A model generated the notes under the pieces. The model was not told the DNA's origin, searched no databases, and saw nothing but the letters and a program-made list of their open reading frames with translations. A program made the position numbers and the translations under genes. Of a stretch of 64,000 nt of DNA, positions 48,337 through 61,313 are shown one piece after another; within the stretch, counting starts at the first letter, position 1, and each line of letters begins with the position of its first letter. This DNA is from Haplodiscus bocki (taxonomy: Eukaryota), in assembly GCA_965655095.1 (NCBI GenBank), contig OZ296652.1, positions 15,004,001 to 15,068,000 of the forward strand, given 5' to 3'.

Positions 48337-51300
48337 GTTGAAACTACATTGTTGACGGTTTAAAACAGTGATCAGCATTCCACGGCTTCATCTTCAAGGA
48401 GTTATCCGATGCCATTGACAAACCAGCGAATATTACAGATTAAAACTTCGGCAATATTGGTTCAAAAGCTCTTGATCAATCTGTGTAAGTCTAGATGCTA
48501 CTTGTGTATTTTGACCATCTTAGTTTTTTCTTTTGATCTTAATTACAAATTTGCATAGCCGTAAGATAATGTTCTTTCTCAAAAGCTGCTGAATTTGCGG
48601 GACTTTGATTTTCAAACGGATTTCACTTTGAATTGAAATTTGCCCTCATTTACTGAACAGTTTTCTTTAGTTGAAACTATTCTTTTTCTCAAAGTGTGAA
48701 ATATTTTGATAATTTCAACCGCAAAAGTTCATAGCTAATTCAACTGGAAGCAGTCAGTTGCGATGTACGTTTGCTGATACATTTCTTTGAGTTGTTCGTT
48801 TTCTAATTGACATTTTGTGATTACATTATTCTATTGTTTTAACTGAACTTTATTTTTAAGTGTTGGAAGAATAGAACGAGATGAAGATAGAAAATAATGA
48901 AGAAAATTTCTTCTTGAAGATAGAAAATTCTGCATTGATGGGTAGAGAAGAAATGGGGTAAATGTACCCAATGTTAGAAGATGAGAAAATGAAAATCGGT
49001 TGGGGAAATCATGGCAATAAAGGTCATCCTTCTTGACCTTTCACCTTTGTTTGAAGTGCGATTGCAATATGAAGACCAATACAAACATGTCCCCTAATTG
49101 AAACTTGGAAATATGGTTTCTTGAAGATCTGTAGCAGTCTCGAATAAATTTGAGACTGCGCGAGTATCGGCAAGATTTAAGAAGAGAAGCAGGAAAGTCA
49201 TTGTAGCTGAAGATAGTCTTGTCTTGTCTATCTAGAATGGCCTGTATTTCGTGTTGGTAAGTTTTTTTATCAAACGAATAGTAATGCATGCCTAAATTAT
49301 TACTTCTTCAAAAGACATTTGTGCGAGTGTTAGTGGTTTTTTGATTGTCAGTGTGCTTGAAAAATCCCTAAAAACATTTAAAAAGCAGCTAAGCATCCAG
49401 ACTATTCTTTTTCCGCCTCCATATTTTATATGGAAAGGAAAATTATTCAATGGCTAGTTGTTTTTATTTTCAGACGCATTTTGCCAATTTACAATTCATG
49501 ACAATTTGTTCATGTCCGAGTTGTGAGATGCCCTCTGCGTTTCTTGACTTTTAAGCGTTATATCTCCGAGTGTATTGGTTGGAGCGTTCTAGTTTTTGAA
49601 AATCTGTACGGCAAAATTGCTATTGACCATGTCCCAAATTATCGGCGCCAGAATTTTTTTTGCCAAGAAGTTAATAGAGAAAATAAACTGAAAACGCCGA
49701 AAATTATTAGGGCAAATAGTCGAATTTGATTAGCATGAGTACCATTTGCTCACAATGTTGCCTATCTTAGTGAAATTGGTGCGAAATCAACACTTCTTCA
49801 TGCTCTATAAAAGTTTGAAATGTTTTCAAAAGTTAGCGGAAAAAGTTGAAAAATTCATGTTTTCCGGCAGCATCACCACTTGCCAGGCGTCCAAGTACCT
49901 TAGTTGGTTTGAACCACTCGTTGATTAAATGTCGGTGGTCAAGTAAACCTTATGGTGCGTCAGTAGATTCTTCGTTGTTTCCTTCTGGCGGTGTTAGCAT
50001 AAAATTTTGCGAAAAATCCGAAAATGCCATGTTTTTGTCTTTTACCACCGCGACGGCCTGCTAATGGCATGATTGGCTTTTGTATACGTTGGTTGAGCCT
50101 CGTAGGACCTGTGGAAAATACCGCTGGTCAGGGAAGTATTCCGAGTTCTTATCAGCAATTCTTCGGCTCAAAAGCTCGCCAGAATCGACTTTCATTCTGT
50201 TTTTTGGATATTTTGCGTTATTAACGGGTTGTTAAATGGCTAGAAACCTCGACGATAATTCTGTTCCGAAACACCGTCCTAAAAGCATCATGGAGCCAGG
50301 ATCGGGTTTTTTGGGGGGGGGGGTTAAAGTAATTTTGCCGAAAGTTCATAGAAAAGAATGTCAGAAACTTCGATTTCCTGTAAATGTTCACCTTTTGCTT
50401 GCTCCTGTTATTGTTTTCTGTAGGTCGGTATGGCTTTCTAATGTAAAACCAAAGGACAAGCATAGCTCGACCGTTTGTCTTTTTTGGAGAACTGCTTTTT
50501 TTCCGTTTTTCCGTTGGCAGTTGTTTACAAAAAAATGCTATCAAAATCTTTATTCGCCAAGTGCTCATTTGATTAGGGGGCGACATGTTTTAGCAACGAA
50601 TCACCTGCGCTTGCTGTAAAAATCTAAACATGTACAGCGTTGATTTCAGGCATTTTCACAATTTGCTATTTCGCAGATTTTGTGACAGAAAAATTTTCGA
50701 ACAGCGCCGATACTTCAGCGCCCATGGTACCTAGGGGGATATTTTTCTGTGGATTCAACTCGAGAAGTCTCTCGGATACATTTTCGTCGCAAAAGTTTCC
50801 GAACGTTTTTCGACTTCATGGTTTTCTCCGCTGGAGGAACAACGTGGAAAAATGAAATGTTTTTACTACTCAAATGGTAATTTCGCAACCCCAGTACTTC
50901 TGTGCACTGTCTCAGAGTGAACTGGACTGTCTCAGCCCTGTGAACTGCATAAATGAGTTCTGGTACTTTTCTAATGCTTCTGAGGGTTCATTGGAAGTTG
51001 CGAACAAAATTTCCAGCAAATGAAACTTTGGTAAAAAACAGGTTTTTTCTGAGATTTTCATCCGTTTACCTGAAGCAGATAGTATTATCATCTCATCAGA
51101 ATCTACTTCCACTCCTTACTGGTTCCTAATTCGATTGCTATCCAATTGCGTTTTGCGCTGATCCATCTAATAGGTTAGTTGTTGAGGGAAGAATAGCTTT
51201 GAAATGTAATTCTCAAGTGGGAACTTTCTTTGCACAACTTTTTTCAACTAGATTTCAACGACTGGAGAAGCATGCCTTTTATGAGAAGAGTCTTGAATTT

Positions 51301-52792
51301 TCTTGATTTCTTGGGCGCAATTACCCTAAGCCTAAGCGCAACGCACGTTGCGCCTATGTTACTATTCTTTTTTCAGGTTTTGTGTCGTCGACCCAAAATT
51401 TCAGCGAAGTGGCTATATCTGAGGGCTCACTGTAGCAAGCGGGGTAATTTTTGCTGATTGAACTCGCATGGTCTCTGGGCTACATTTCCATAGGAAATTG
51501 TTTCCTAAATGTTTTAATCTTCATGGATTTTTCCGCCGAAACAACGTGAAAATTTGAAAACCGTAACTACTACATTTGGTAATTTATCGAATCTAGTAAA
51601 GAGATTTTCGTAATGGCCCTGTATAATGCATGAACGAAGTCTCATCGTTTCTCACTGCTTTTGAGGAATTTGCGAAAAATTTAAGACTTTTGGTCAGAAA
51701 ATTGAGGTTCTTTTCAAAACTTATCGTCGTAGCCCGCATGGCATTGGGCAATTTCGGAGGCTGTCTATCAGCGAATTTTGAATTCAGAGTCGAAGTTACA
51801 CATGAGTTCATTTCTTGGAAAGGTAAAATTTTCTGAGAAGTATCAATTTCTCCGGAAAGTTGTCGGAAATTTTTTTCGAAAAGCATTGTTTCTTCTTGCT
51901 AATAGTGCTCGCCTGCACGACCGGAGAATCCTGCTGAAAGTGAGAAAAGCTGCTCACGCAGAGCATCGTAAAGGGTGAAAATTTTTCCGACAACCGAAAT
52001 TTTAGTAAATGATAGGTTTCTCCAGAGTTATTTTACCGTTTACCTGAAGTCGATATTTTCCAAGTGTCATTTTCGTCAGAAGTTTGCTCCGCTCCTTTCT
52101 GGGGCCTGATTGAAATCGTACCAAGATGCGCCTTGAGCAAATTCATCCATCGGGTTTGCTGTTTAGCAGAGAATGGCCATAAAATGTTTTTCCCATAAGA
52201 CAACTTTCCTCGCATAACTTTCAACTAGTTCAACAGCTTGCGGGGCGAGCCTATCATGGGAACCGTTTGGAACGCTCTTTTGTTAGGCGCATGTACTTGA
52301 AACGCAACGTTCGTTGCGCCTGTATTAATGTTTTTTCTCCACTCATATATTCTATTTCCTAGGAAAATCATTAGATCGATATTCAGGTTCTTCAGCATGG
52401 AGTTTGTCAATTGCACGATAAAGCAAAACTCCACGCTGAAAATTTTTCTTTCCTTATTCTTTTCGAAAGTAGCCGTAAAGTTCATTTATTACGGTTGTGT
52501 TTCTCAAAAAATACTCCTTGCCAAAAGTTAAGTTTTTGGAAAAAAATTACTCGAAAAGTTTTGAAATTTGATTTAAATTTGCAGACATTTTTTCGCTAGA
52601 AATACTAATTTTTAACGTTTCTATCCTAATTTGGAAGGCGGAGAATATCTCGGAGTTCGTCGGGCTTCTTGTTTTACTTCCACTCAACCTGTTTCCATAT
52701 CTTCCGGAAGCGGGCTCGAAAATTTCAAAGAAGGTTAGTAGTAAAATGGGCGACCAGATGAAACGTGAAAACTGCTAGGATTTGAGGAAAAT

Positions 52793-53054
52793 GCCGATTA
52801 CAAACATATTAGTCAAAAACACATAAGAAAGGCATAAGGGGTGTTTTATTCAACACCTTGATACATATTAAGTTATCATAGAAAGCACTCTCAACTGCGG
52901 ATTTAGCTGCTGACCCCTTTTTGGAAAAAAGGGTCAGCAGCTAAATCCGCAGTTGTGTGTGCCTTCTATGATAACTTAATATGTATCAAGGTGTTGAATA
53001 AAACACCCCTTATGCCTTTCTTATGTGTTTTTGACTAATATGTTTGTAATCGGC
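52793..53054. repeat. Near-perfect ~262-bp palindrome (foldback/MITE-like)
   Basis: GCCGATTACAAACATATTAGTC... is mirrored by ...GACTAATATGTTTGTAATCGGC; centre near 52922; few mismatches. Confidence 0.92.
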
Positions 53055-54639
53055 GCTTTAGTTATTAGTAAAAAGCCCGACTATGGTAGTACTTTTTTTT
53101 AAGATGGCAGACCTCATACTGTCTGCGACATATTTACTAACCTTGCATATTTTTACGCACTCTACCCACGGAAGTACCATACATATTTTCATCAGTAGAA
53201 CGTTCAAAACATCTTCAAAAAAGTTTAAGCGAGAATGGAACATGGTATTCGCAAAGAGCCAGATACCAAAACTTTTGTGATTTAATTAATTCTTCGAAAT
53301 TTTTCGGAAAAGTCAACTCCAAAAACATTCGTGATAACCGGCATATGGGTGATCAAGAGAAAAATACCGAAAATTTTGGAAAAAGTCCCATCAATTCACT
53401 TTTGAAAAAAATGGTACTTTGGCCCAAAATTGTTTCCTTATAGATTATGCTTATAACAAAATTTTTCAAAAATTGAAAGTTTTCAAACATCAAATGCTCC
53501 AGCTTTACGGATAACGCCGACTTCGCATATATCGACTGATGCCTGCGTTTCTGTATCTAAAGAGGAATTGAGCAAATTTTCCATCCATGACAAAATGTCG
53601 GATGGTGCAACGGCCTTGTGCAACAGCTTTTCTGAATAAACATTGACTTAAGAAGGAGACACGCTGTGAGGAAAAGGTATTCAGAAACGGTGCACGTTCA
53701 TTTCACCCACAATCATTTCATCTCACGTTCATTTCACCCCAAGTATAACGCACCTTAATTACGAAAATAGCGTCAAATGCTTTGTTTTATTGAAAGCTTC
53801 TTAAACTAGTTAGAAACAATTTGCAAGTAAAATACCCAATTCGAGTCAAAAAATTTTGAACATCAAATGTCTACTAGCACCAATAATAAGCAGAGAAAGG
53901 ACCTGGTTGGTGCTCATTGTTAGGCTCAATATTCGAAAGGGGAATTTTTTGATATTTTTGAAAATTTTGGTATTTAATTTTTCTTCGGTATATGGAAAAG
54001 GGTATCACGAACAAAATTTGGATACTGATTATCATTATGTGCTTTTTTCGAGGGGGTATCACCAAAAAGACCCAAAAATAAACCCCTCAGCCCCCCTCCC
54101 CCACCACACACACACAACACAAATTTAAATTGAAATTCAAACGGATAAAAAATATTTCCGAAGGTTCTTGTCACATATTTGAAGAGATATTGAATATTTC
54201 TGAAAAAAATATTTGAGTATAATGAAAATTACATTGAAAACTTTATTCATTTCAAAATAGCATGTGAGCAGTGGAAGGCGGAACGAAAAAGAGCCCAAAA
54301 ATTCATTTGCACCCGGGTTGAATAATTCTGAAATCCTTTTGCCCCAAAATTTCAAACAAGTGGGGCAGTAGTCCCACAGCGATATTTTCCGTCAATGTGG
54401 CGCACTAAAAATTGATCGAGCATACAACAAATCACTTCTACAAATAACCCAAAATGGACAAAAAACATCTCAATGGAAACCTTGTCGAAAGAATACATAA
54501 CGATAGCTTTAAAGATTTATGAGTTTCAAAATCAAAATAATAATATTAATTTGATCTTTCCGCATGTTCGACCCATCAATATTTCAAAATAAGGGACAAA
54601 AACAATGATTACTCCATCTTAAAGTCATCTCAAAGGCCA

Positions 54640-56470
54640 GCACTGTTAGTCCAAAACTTGATAGAAGAATTCAAATCCGTTGTTGTCGAGAAGGATGATT
54701 TGGAATATCGAAACATCTCTATAGTGATAACAATCCAATTCCGATGTAGAGACTAAATTTCATGATATGTAAAACGAAAAGTCCGCCTCGAGTAAAAAGC
54801 AATCAAATGACAACTTGATGGGAAGATGAACCAGGTATAAAGCTGAAGAAAAGTGAGGTTGAACATCGAGGAATGTCAAGACTAATAGTGCATTCTGGCA
54901 TTTGTGGTCCATCAGAAATCCACTCATGAGAGAGAGTCAAGGATTTTTAATTTATTATTCCAACGCATATAGAAAGCTTTCGATCGAGACAATGAAGGAA
55001 GAAATCAAGTCAGTTGTTGTGGAGAAAAAAGTTTGGAAATAGAGATGAGTCCAAATTGAAGAAAAAAGTGAGTTTTTGGACTACCACCCACGATTCCAAT
55101 GCACAAACGGAATTGATAGTTTTTTGAATTCAACTCCCCTTGGAATGTAGAGGTTTTTCGAATTCAACCGTGGTGGAATAAATCAGGCCTGTAGTTATGC
55201 AGAAATATGAGTTTGAATGTGGAGATTTATCATTATTAAGAGTATTTTGGCATTCTCGGACTATCTCAATTCCGACGCAAAGAACAAAGATTTAAATTGA
55301 GTAGTTCAAGAGAGAACGCTTTAGATTGAGACCTTGCATCAAGAAATCAAGTCAGAGGTTATGGAGAACTATGAGGAGTTGCAGTAAAAGAAAAACGTCA
55401 AAGATAATAGCATTTCGTTGGATTTTTCGAAGTATCAAATTTCCAACGCAAAGAACGAATTCAATGCTTTTCAAAACTCGAATTATATCATGATGAACCA
55501 AAACTATTTGCTTAATTTGGAATTTTCGGATTCTCAAGATTCTGATCTATAGAACACAGTAAATGACTTTTAAATCGAATTCTCCCCCACAAATATGAAG
55601 TGTTCGATTGACGCCTTGATTGAAGAAATCAAGCTTACGGAAAAGTTTGATTTTGAATATCGAATTAAATCATAATAACACCTTTCAATTTTTGGCACTA
55701 TCCGGATTTTGATGCAAAGAACTAGCTGAACGAATTTTCAATCGACTCTCATTCTCCAAGTGTAGAATTTTCGATTGAGACCCTGACGAAGAAAATCAAG
55801 TTACCGAGATAAATGAATTTGAGTTTCGAGTTATATCAATACTAAGATCACTTTTTGGAACTTTCAGACTATCAGGATTTTGATGCAATGATCAAAGTCA
55901 ATGATTTGCTCCTTGAATGCTCTTATAAAAGTATAAAGTTTTCTGGTCAGACCTCGATGACAGAGATCAAACCTGTAGTTATGGAGAAACATGAATTCGT
56001 ATATCGAGATGAAACGTTTTTAGTAACACTTCTTGGAATTTTCGGACTATCAGGATTTTGATGCAGGGATTAGAGTCAATGATTTACTCATCGAATGCTC
56101 CTGTAAAAGTATACAGTTTTCTGGTCAGACCTCGATGACAGAGATCAAACCTGTAGTTTTGGAGCAACATATATTCGTATATCGAGATGAAACGTTATTA
56201 GTAACACTTTTTTGGAATTTTCGGACTATCAGGATTCTGATTCAAGGATAAACTCAATGACTTATTAATCGAACGCTCCTGTGCATGAGTAAGGTTTTCG
56301 ATAGAGAACTTGATATATGAAATCAAACCTCTGGTTGCTGAGAAAAAAGTTGAATATCGAGTTATATCAGTAATGGTAGCACTTTTCGGACTAGCAGGAT
56401 TGTTACACAAGGCACGAAACCACGAATTTTTGATGGAGTACTCTTGTACAAGTGCAAGGCTGTGATTGAG
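54640..56470 (+). repeat. Degenerate ~178-bp tandem repeat
   Basis: GGAA(C/T)TTTC(A/G)GACTATCAGGATT recurs at ~55857, ~56035 and ~56214; more diverged copies lie upstream. Confidence 0.75.
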
Positions 56471-56869
56471 GCCGAGATGAAAGAACTGAGTCTTGTCTTT
56501 TTGGAGTTATAAAGACTTGCAACATTATGGAAATTTAATGCTAAGTGCGCTTTTTGGTATTCCCCCATTCTGCGGATCATAGAACGACATGTTCCAGTAG
56601 GATTATTTTCGATGTAAAAGGTTTTTATTAAAATCATCAATTTTTGTAGCAGATTTGTAAACTTCTCTCGAATTTTTTGGAAAATCAAAAATTTCCCAAT
56701 TTTTTTTGAAAAATACCGATTTGCTTCAGTTACGTCGAAAAATGGATAATCTTTGAGAGAAATAGAGCCCATTTATCAAAAAATCCTAAATTTTGTGGGA
56801 TAAACCCTGTGTTTTAAAATTAGAAAATAAAAAAATAATGTGTTAACGAGTATCTAAAAGCAAGTAAAA

Positions 56870-56935
56870 AATAGGGCCGGCAGCGGGATTCGAACTCGCC
56901 ACCTCTGGCTTCCCGATCGCGTTGACGCCCTTACA
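56870..56935 (-). mobile_element. tRNA-derived SINE-like remnant
   Basis: Minus-strand B box GAGTTCGAATCCC with a T-arm-like stem; no full cloverleaf. Confidence 0.45.
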
Positions 56936-57629
56936 TATGTATTCTTCAAGGCACCAACGGTTCTGCTCTGCAATGTGCGCGCGCATAAGTCTGCGCGTCA
57001 TGGCCAAAATCAGAAGGAAAAAACTCCGACTACTGAATTGAATATTTTACTTTCGAAAAATTTTTTCGGCGGAAAATATTAAATTACATTTTGCAGGGTT
57101 GTTTCAGTTTCGTTTGCTGTTTTTATAATTTGCTTGCTAACCGATAATTAATCCAAGATGGTTGTGTCAAAGAAAGTTTTTTGATATTGGTGTTAATTAA
57201 GTATGGGTGAAATGATAGTGTAGTGAAATCACTGTGGGTTGAAATGATGGTGTAGTGAGATGAATGAGGGGTGGAACGAACTGGTGTAAAATTATATGGG
57301 GTGAAATGAAGTTGGAGTGATACAAAACCTTCAAAAGCAGTACAGAAATGGGCAATCTTTTATTTGTACGGAAGTTCCTGTTTTAGTGTGTCGCGAATAA
57401 TGAACAATACAATTTTTTTTCATGAAATTATTGAAAAATATATTCGACCGTACGAGGTACATATTAAGTTTTCATAAAACTATGAAAGATCACGTAAAAG
57501 ATTCGAAGCCCTGCTTAGCTGTAGTTGATGTCTCTGTAAAGGACTGTGTTTTTTTGCCAATATTACGATTCGTGGGAGAGTTTTCAGATTGAGATTTGGC
57601 GATGAGAGTGGCTGTAGAACTGTGAGACA

Positions 57630-58584
57630 ATGGGTGGACAGTCTGAACTATCACCCGAGGAGTTGTTCCTCATGTCCAAACATGACTTGTTGGCTGCCAA
57701 ACAGAAAGAATTGGAAGATCTCAAAGCACAGTACAGAAGAATCCAAGAAGAGCGAAAACGGCAAAAATGTCTGGCTGAGTCGCCCAGTCAGGCCACAGAA
57801 ATCGCAAAGGTTAAGTTGTTTCTTTAGATAATTGTTTTCATTTTGTATATTGAATGCACCAATTTCAAAAATCACTATGCATCTGAGAGTTCTAAGGAGT
57901 TTTGTCAGTAGTTCGAAATGTGTACCGCATCTTCTGAACTTTATCAGCCCTTTACTTGAGTAGAAAGCCGACTAATAGTGACTTTAACTGCTAAAAATTC
58001 AGTATTTTTTAAGGCGACATCTTCAAAAGTGCCTTGGTGCTCTGGATGGTAAGACAAAAGGCTTTTAGGCCATAGGTACCGGTTCGAGACTTTCTAAATT
58101 ATGTTCCAGGCTTGTTCATTTAATGGCGAATAACTGAGAAATGAGGTTGTTCCGTTTTAGAAATTGGCAGCCAGTGGAAAGCTGATTACTGCAAAATCGG
58201 GAAACAAAACTTCGGGTTTCAAACGCTTGCACGCAAAATCCCAACCAGAGAAACAAACTCCTTCTGAGAAAGTCAACATTAATGAAGAAAAGGATTCCGA
58301 TGCGAGTGTCTCTCAAACGAGCACAGAAGAACCCAACATTGCGAAACCTCTATTGAATACGCCTGTTGCTTTCAAATCAGCCGGGCTTTTGAATGACCTT
58401 GAGACGTCCGAAAAGGCAGTCAATCAACATGAAGATGACGAAGATGATTTATTCGGTGAACAGAGTTTCAAAAAGTTCAAATATGACGGCGACGAACAGT
58501 GTTCCCAGCCTAACTGCTCCTTCGATGAGCTGCTCCGCTCTCAAACTCGAAGTGACTCGGATTCCACGTTGAAAAATTCTAAAG
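57630..58584 (+). CDS. NELFE: NELF-E (RD protein)-like gene, first two coding exons (57630-57809, 58161-58584); remainder not identified in the window
   Basis: LSPEELFLMSKHDLLAAKQKEL...ATEIAK|KLAASGKLITAKSGNKTSGFKR parallels the NELF-E N-terminus (LSEEEEALQKKF..., ATEQAKQLVKSG...SGFKR); in-phase GT-AG intron. Confidence 0.72.
58030..58092 (+). mobile_element. tRNA-derived SINE-like remnant in the intron
   Basis: A-box-like TGGTGCTCTGGATGG and B-box-like GGTTCGAGAC. Confidence 0.35.
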
Positions 58585-59300
58585 GTAAGTTGAGCTCCTT
58601 TTTTACTTTGAAAACATGTTATGAGCCTGCAAGATTTTTAGAATTTAGTTTGTTTGCAGCGTTTGGCCCATAGCTGGCTTGAAGTCACTAATTAGTGAAG
58701 TGGTATAGGCAAGGTTGAGCTGTTTGAAAACAAGCTCATTTTGACCAAATGTATCAATAAGATTGAGCATGTTCACAGGTCTTTTATTCTCAGATAAAAC
58801 GTGAACGCAATATAGACCCTTGGATACAATTTGGGCTCGCTTGAAAAAATACGGACGACAGTGAATTAATAAATACGTTACCGTCAGCAACCTAAACACG
58901 AAAAAATGGCATATTGCAAAGATTGTTAGATTATTCTAAAAACGTGTTTGAGTCTGAATAAGTTGAAATATTTTAAATATAATAATGTGATTTCATCCTG
59001 GTTTTGGGTGGTCATCACCCGATTGCTTGTTAACAAATTCAATGTTGATAGTGTCCTTAATAACACTATGCTTTTCAATTTTTTTTTTACTTCGGAAAAA
59101 TTAATTTACGAAGTATTTATCGTGTTACTCGTTTTTTTTAAAATTTTTTAAACGCTTTTTCGTCCGACATTTTGCAACCTGCTCTGCAATAAGGAATTTC
59201 GTCTGACATGCGAAAAAAAATTCAAAACGCATCAAAGCTGCGCGGGGTTACAGGAGCGACTATACGGAGAATGATAGAAGCGGTGAGAGCGCGAATAATT

Positions 59301-59426
59301 ATATAGGTGCGGATAATAGCAGTCAAATAATAGCAGTAAAAAATCATGGTAGCCAAACCCGATACCGACTTTGACTACCATGATTTTTTACTGCTATTAT
59401 TTGACTGCTATTATCCGCACCTATAT
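59301..59426. mobile_element. 126-bp palindromic MITE flanked by TA(TA)
   Basis: ATATAGGTGCGGATAATAGCAGTCAAATAATAGCAGTAAAAAATCATGGTAG followed by its exact reverse complement, with a short spacer. Confidence 0.8.
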
Positions 59427-59886
59427 CCGTGCCAAAAGAATTGGAAAAATAATTTAACATACCTGTTTTTCTCCACCATATAAATGGATGTAATTGTGTA
59501 TAGAAAAATCCACATTTACGTAAACGTATAATTGTAAAGCAATGGTAAAATGTATTTGCATGTGTATTTTTAATATAGTATTTCGTTTTCTTTCTCGCCT
59601 CCTATAGCAGATTGGTATTTGTAGAATGACATCGATGGAGTTGAGGCATTGCCGCAGTGTTTGGGGTTCGCTGCTTAATACGTATCCCCAGTCGTTTGTC
59701 GTACATTACCATGAAGCTATAGAAGGAACTGTCCATGTCTTAATGCTTGAAAAAGCAGAATAGATCGACAGGGATATCTGCCAGGAATGCTCACTCAGAT
59801 ATGCTAGAAATAGTAGATTAGAAAGTTGGCCAGTGGATATTTTTGTCTTAAACGTAAAACACGATTTCTCAGAAATACAAACACTC

Positions 59887-60185
59887 TGTCGACATAGCTT
59901 AAACATGTAGAGATTGTAAATTTTTAAGCTACAAATACAAATGATACATTGTTAGAAAGCTCGTCAAAAGTTTAGTAAACCTTGAAAATTCCAACTTTGT
60001 ATCTATTATAATCTTCGAGAAAATTGACAAAAACCGAAAATGTCGACATATCTTAAACATGTAGAGATTGTAAAATTTTAAGCTACAACAAAGTGTGATA
60101 TATTTTTGGATAGCTCGTTGAAATATTAGTGTACGTTGAAAATATCAACTCTGTATCTGTTATAATCTTTGAGAAAATTGACAAA
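59887..60185 (+). repeat. ~154-bp direct repeat x2, probably the terminal region of the Polinton-like element
   Basis: TGTCGACATA..CTTAAACATGTAGAGATTGTAAA...GAGAAAATTGACAAAA at 59887 and 60041. Confidence 0.8.
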
Positions 60186-60417
60186 ATAGTATTCATACAA
60201 AAATAAAAATAAATGAATGATGACTTGTAAATATAAGAATAATATTACAAAATTGTATTAATACAAATATAGGAATAATTATACTATTATATGTATTCGA
60301 ATACATGTAAGAATATGATTATAAACAAATTATTCATACAAGTATACTTATAATTATACTAGTATTTGTATATGAATTCATGTAAGTTATTGCAATGAGT
60401 TTGTATATAATCACGAT

Positions 60418-60975
60418 TTAGTTCTCGTTGTCAACATCGTTATCGTTGTCATAATTCGAGTGAATTTTACATAATTTTATTTCTTTAAAAGACTCTTTCA
60501 AATGTGATTTAGGAACATATATTCCTTTCAATATAGTATCATAATCAATCTTATCCTTTTTAATATAACTAAAATTCGGAGCCAACAAATAATAATTTTC
60601 TTCACCTGTAGCAAAACTATAAGGAGTTAAATTATTTCGCATATTAGAGACATATTCATATATATTATCACTAGTCATAAAAGAACATACCATATCACCA
60701 CCAATATATACATATTTATTTTTTCCATTTTCTATACCTACTTCAAGTAAAATAGTATTTCCATCAAAACAATACTTATCAAAAGCCCCTGATACCGCAG
60801 TCATACTACAAGATTGACTTTTACCCAAAAATGTTTCTATTGGATTGATACTGTATATAATATTTTTATCACTTTCAGAAACATCTTCAAATTGTTGAAC
60901 TTGAACAAATCCATTATTTTGAAAAGTTACTGCATAGCATTTGCAATTCTTTTCAGTGATATATATAATCGTCAT
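60418..60975 (-). CDS. 185-aa hypothetical protein of large-DNA-virus type
   Basis: FDGNTILL...NKYVYIGG...SF.T.D.I.EYVSN..NN..PYSFA.GEENYYLL; resembles, from memory, hypothetical proteins of giant viruses. Confidence 0.65.
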   Translation of the reverse strand: MTIIYITEKNCKCYAVTFQNNGFVQVQQFEDVSESDKNIIYSINPIETFLGKSQSCSMTAVSGAFDKYCFDGNTILLEVGIENGKNKYVYIGGDMVCSFMTSDNIYEYVSNMRNNLTPYSFATGEENYYLLAPNFSYIKKDKIDYDTILKGIYVPKSHLKESFKEIKLCKIHSNYDNDNDVDNEN

Positions 60976-61163
60976 TTATATAAAAAAATTATTGATTGTA
61001 TTTTTTTATTGTAATCTTTCACGTATAAATATAAATTTTCATCAACATCTTTTATGTCAACATTTTTTAACGATAATATAATATGTTTATATTTTTCAAA
61101 TTCTTTATGACCTTTAGATTTTAGATGAGAATATTTACTTTTCTATTTAATATATCATTTAAA

Positions 61164-61313
61164 ATGAATATTAAAACGGATTTGATTGAAGAATATGTCA
61201 ATTTTGTTGATAACACAAAAAAGCAAAATAAAAACTTATGGATATATATAATTTTACTTTTGTTTATAGTGTTTATACTTATAATATTATTATTTAAATA
61301 TATAAATGAATAA
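61164..61313 (+). CDS. Small single-TM protein
   Basis: LWIYIILLLFIVFILIILLF hydrophobic stretch; overlaps the next start. Confidence 0.5.
   Translation: MNIKTDLIEEYVNFVDNTKKQNKNLWIYIILLLFIVFILIILLFKYINE

Noticed and set aside
49041-54355. Numerous 60-127-aa ORFs on both strands
   Set aside because: No domains, overlapping in all frames; consistent with chance ORFs in repeat-derived DNA.
55855-56251. Repeated peptide ELSDYQDFDA... suggesting a repeat protein
   Set aside because: The unit is 178 bp, not a multiple of 3, so the frame shifts every copy; treated as a DNA repeat.
56870-56935. Functional tRNA gene
   Set aside because: B box present but no complete cloverleaf or A box; better explained as SINE-derived.
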